A stretch of DNA of 64,000 nucleotides from Azolla caroliniana (lineage: Eukaryota > Plantae > Polypodiophyta), in the NCBI GenBank assembly GCA_043228905.1, contig JBHGNT010000001.1, positions 36,208,001 to 36,272,000 on the forward strand. Direction: 5' to 3'. The notes under the pieces were generated by a model. It was not told the origin of the DNA. It saw only the letters and a list, made by a program, of their open reading frames with translations, and did no database searches. Below, one piece after another: positions 62,479 to 64,000 of this stretch (position 1 is its first letter; each line of letters starts with the position of its first letter). A program made the translations under genes and the position numbers.

Positions 62479-64000
62479 GAATGGAGTCTGGGGCATATCA
62501 TTGTCTATAATTCTCTCTATGATCACACTTCTACATTATCGCTTTGTCTCATATCATTGCCTACCTTTGGTTCCTTGTCGCGCCCTCCCCCCAGTTAAAA
62601 ACCATTCTCTCGTTTTCAAGGAGTCCATTTTTGCCTCTTTCATGTCCTTACGATGGACCAACGAGAGAATAGTATCATTTTCTCCAATAATTCTATTTGT
62701 AAAAGATCTTGACTCGTAGTCAACAATAGAAGAAGCAGTGTTTTCTTCGCCTTTTCCCTATACACGTTTCTATATGATTTATGTGCCTAGAATCTTATGG
62801 GTAGAAATTAGAGAATGTACAATCGTTCGTTTTAATCAGTTGTTTGCATAGAGAGAGAGAGAGTGTGTGTGTGTGTGTGGATAAAAAGGTAAAGAAATAT
62901 GGAGTACTATGTCAAAGTGCAAGTGGATGATGCAATAACGATTTTCTTGCATTTGGGAGTCGTCAAGACTTGTAGTATTGGCATGAAAGTGTGTCAAAGG
63001 GTGGACTTTCTTCAATGACTTTAAAGAGGGAAGCAGAGATATAGTGTGATACTTTTTACCTGTGTCAAATCCACAAAAAGGGCTTTTTCCACTTCGAAAT
63101 GCTCAAACATTGATGGAATTTGTAGGTTTCTAGTATTAAACTTAACCTAAGAGACAAGGTGGAATGAGATCAACATGTGAATCCTCTCAGCTCTCCCTCT
63201 CTCAAAAGTTTCACACACACACCAATTTTATATTTTGTACAATGGAGTCTCTTTTGGTTCTAATGCACAATCTTCCTATATTTATTTACACCTCCTCACA
63301 TTAGGTAGAGCAACCCCTTCTATCTTACCAAGGTTGGGATTGATGAACACAATGCAATACCTTCATCCACAACAATAGCGGGACGAGAATTATTCTTTGA
63401 CTTTGATCATCGTCACTAATTTACAAGGTTGCTACTTCAATACAATGATATCATATACCAACCTCAAACATTTGAAACCACACACTATCAATCATTTGTC
63501 GATTTTGATGCTTCACGATCATTGGCTTGAGCACAAGGTTGCAACCTCTTTTATTGATAACTCAAAAGCTTGTAACCTCGATTTGACAATATTGTGGTAT
63601 TGTATACCAACTTCTAACATTCAACAATGTATGATTGACCGTTTTAATGATCCATTTATCATCTTGTGCACCTGTATGAAAGTTCTCACTCACAATATGT
63701 ATGACTTGTAAGCTCCATTACTTGAAAGTACATGATATATGTTCAAGGGATCTTGCGAATTCACTGATGGAGAGGTTATACCATGTATCAACATATTAAA
63801 TTACCCCTTGAATGCCCATCTCTCCATAGTTTATTAAAATTTATAAGCTGACCTTTAAACATACTTTTTTTTTCCCAAAAGAAAGTATACGTCCATTAAT
63901 ATTTAGAAAAGTTACTTTTATGATTGTATGCGCATTTATTGAGATAATTCAAAGTTTAGAAGTTGTGCTCATCCTTGTTTGCCAAAGTGATTCATATGTC

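Overview
Eukaryotic land-plant DNA, probably a fern or another non-seed plant. That assignment is inferred from the PLS-type PPR fragment and the retroelement types. There are two intact host genes: an intronless RR-TZF tandem CCCH zinc-finger gene (28954-31203, +) and a 3-exon class III peroxidase (62087-58651, -). Two nested LTR-retrotransposon clusters (1-12739 and 37715-50908) and several 5'-truncated LINE insertions, most with their own target-site duplications (TSDs), surround them, together with a chimeric nucleotide-sugar-transporter/PPR pseudogene fragment. The most notable system is a non-chromoviral Gypsy family whose LTRs begin TGTCGTGAAG. All three independent insertions here follow ACGT, and the two with both ends intact have a 4-bp ACGT TSD. 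The full-length copy has a tRNA-Trp PBS offset 8 nt from the LTR, a tRNA-like Pol III A/B-box module in both LTRs, and a gag-protease ORF joined to pol by a G_GAT_TTT -1 slippery site followed by a predicted pseudoknot. All calls were made by eye; no database searches were run.
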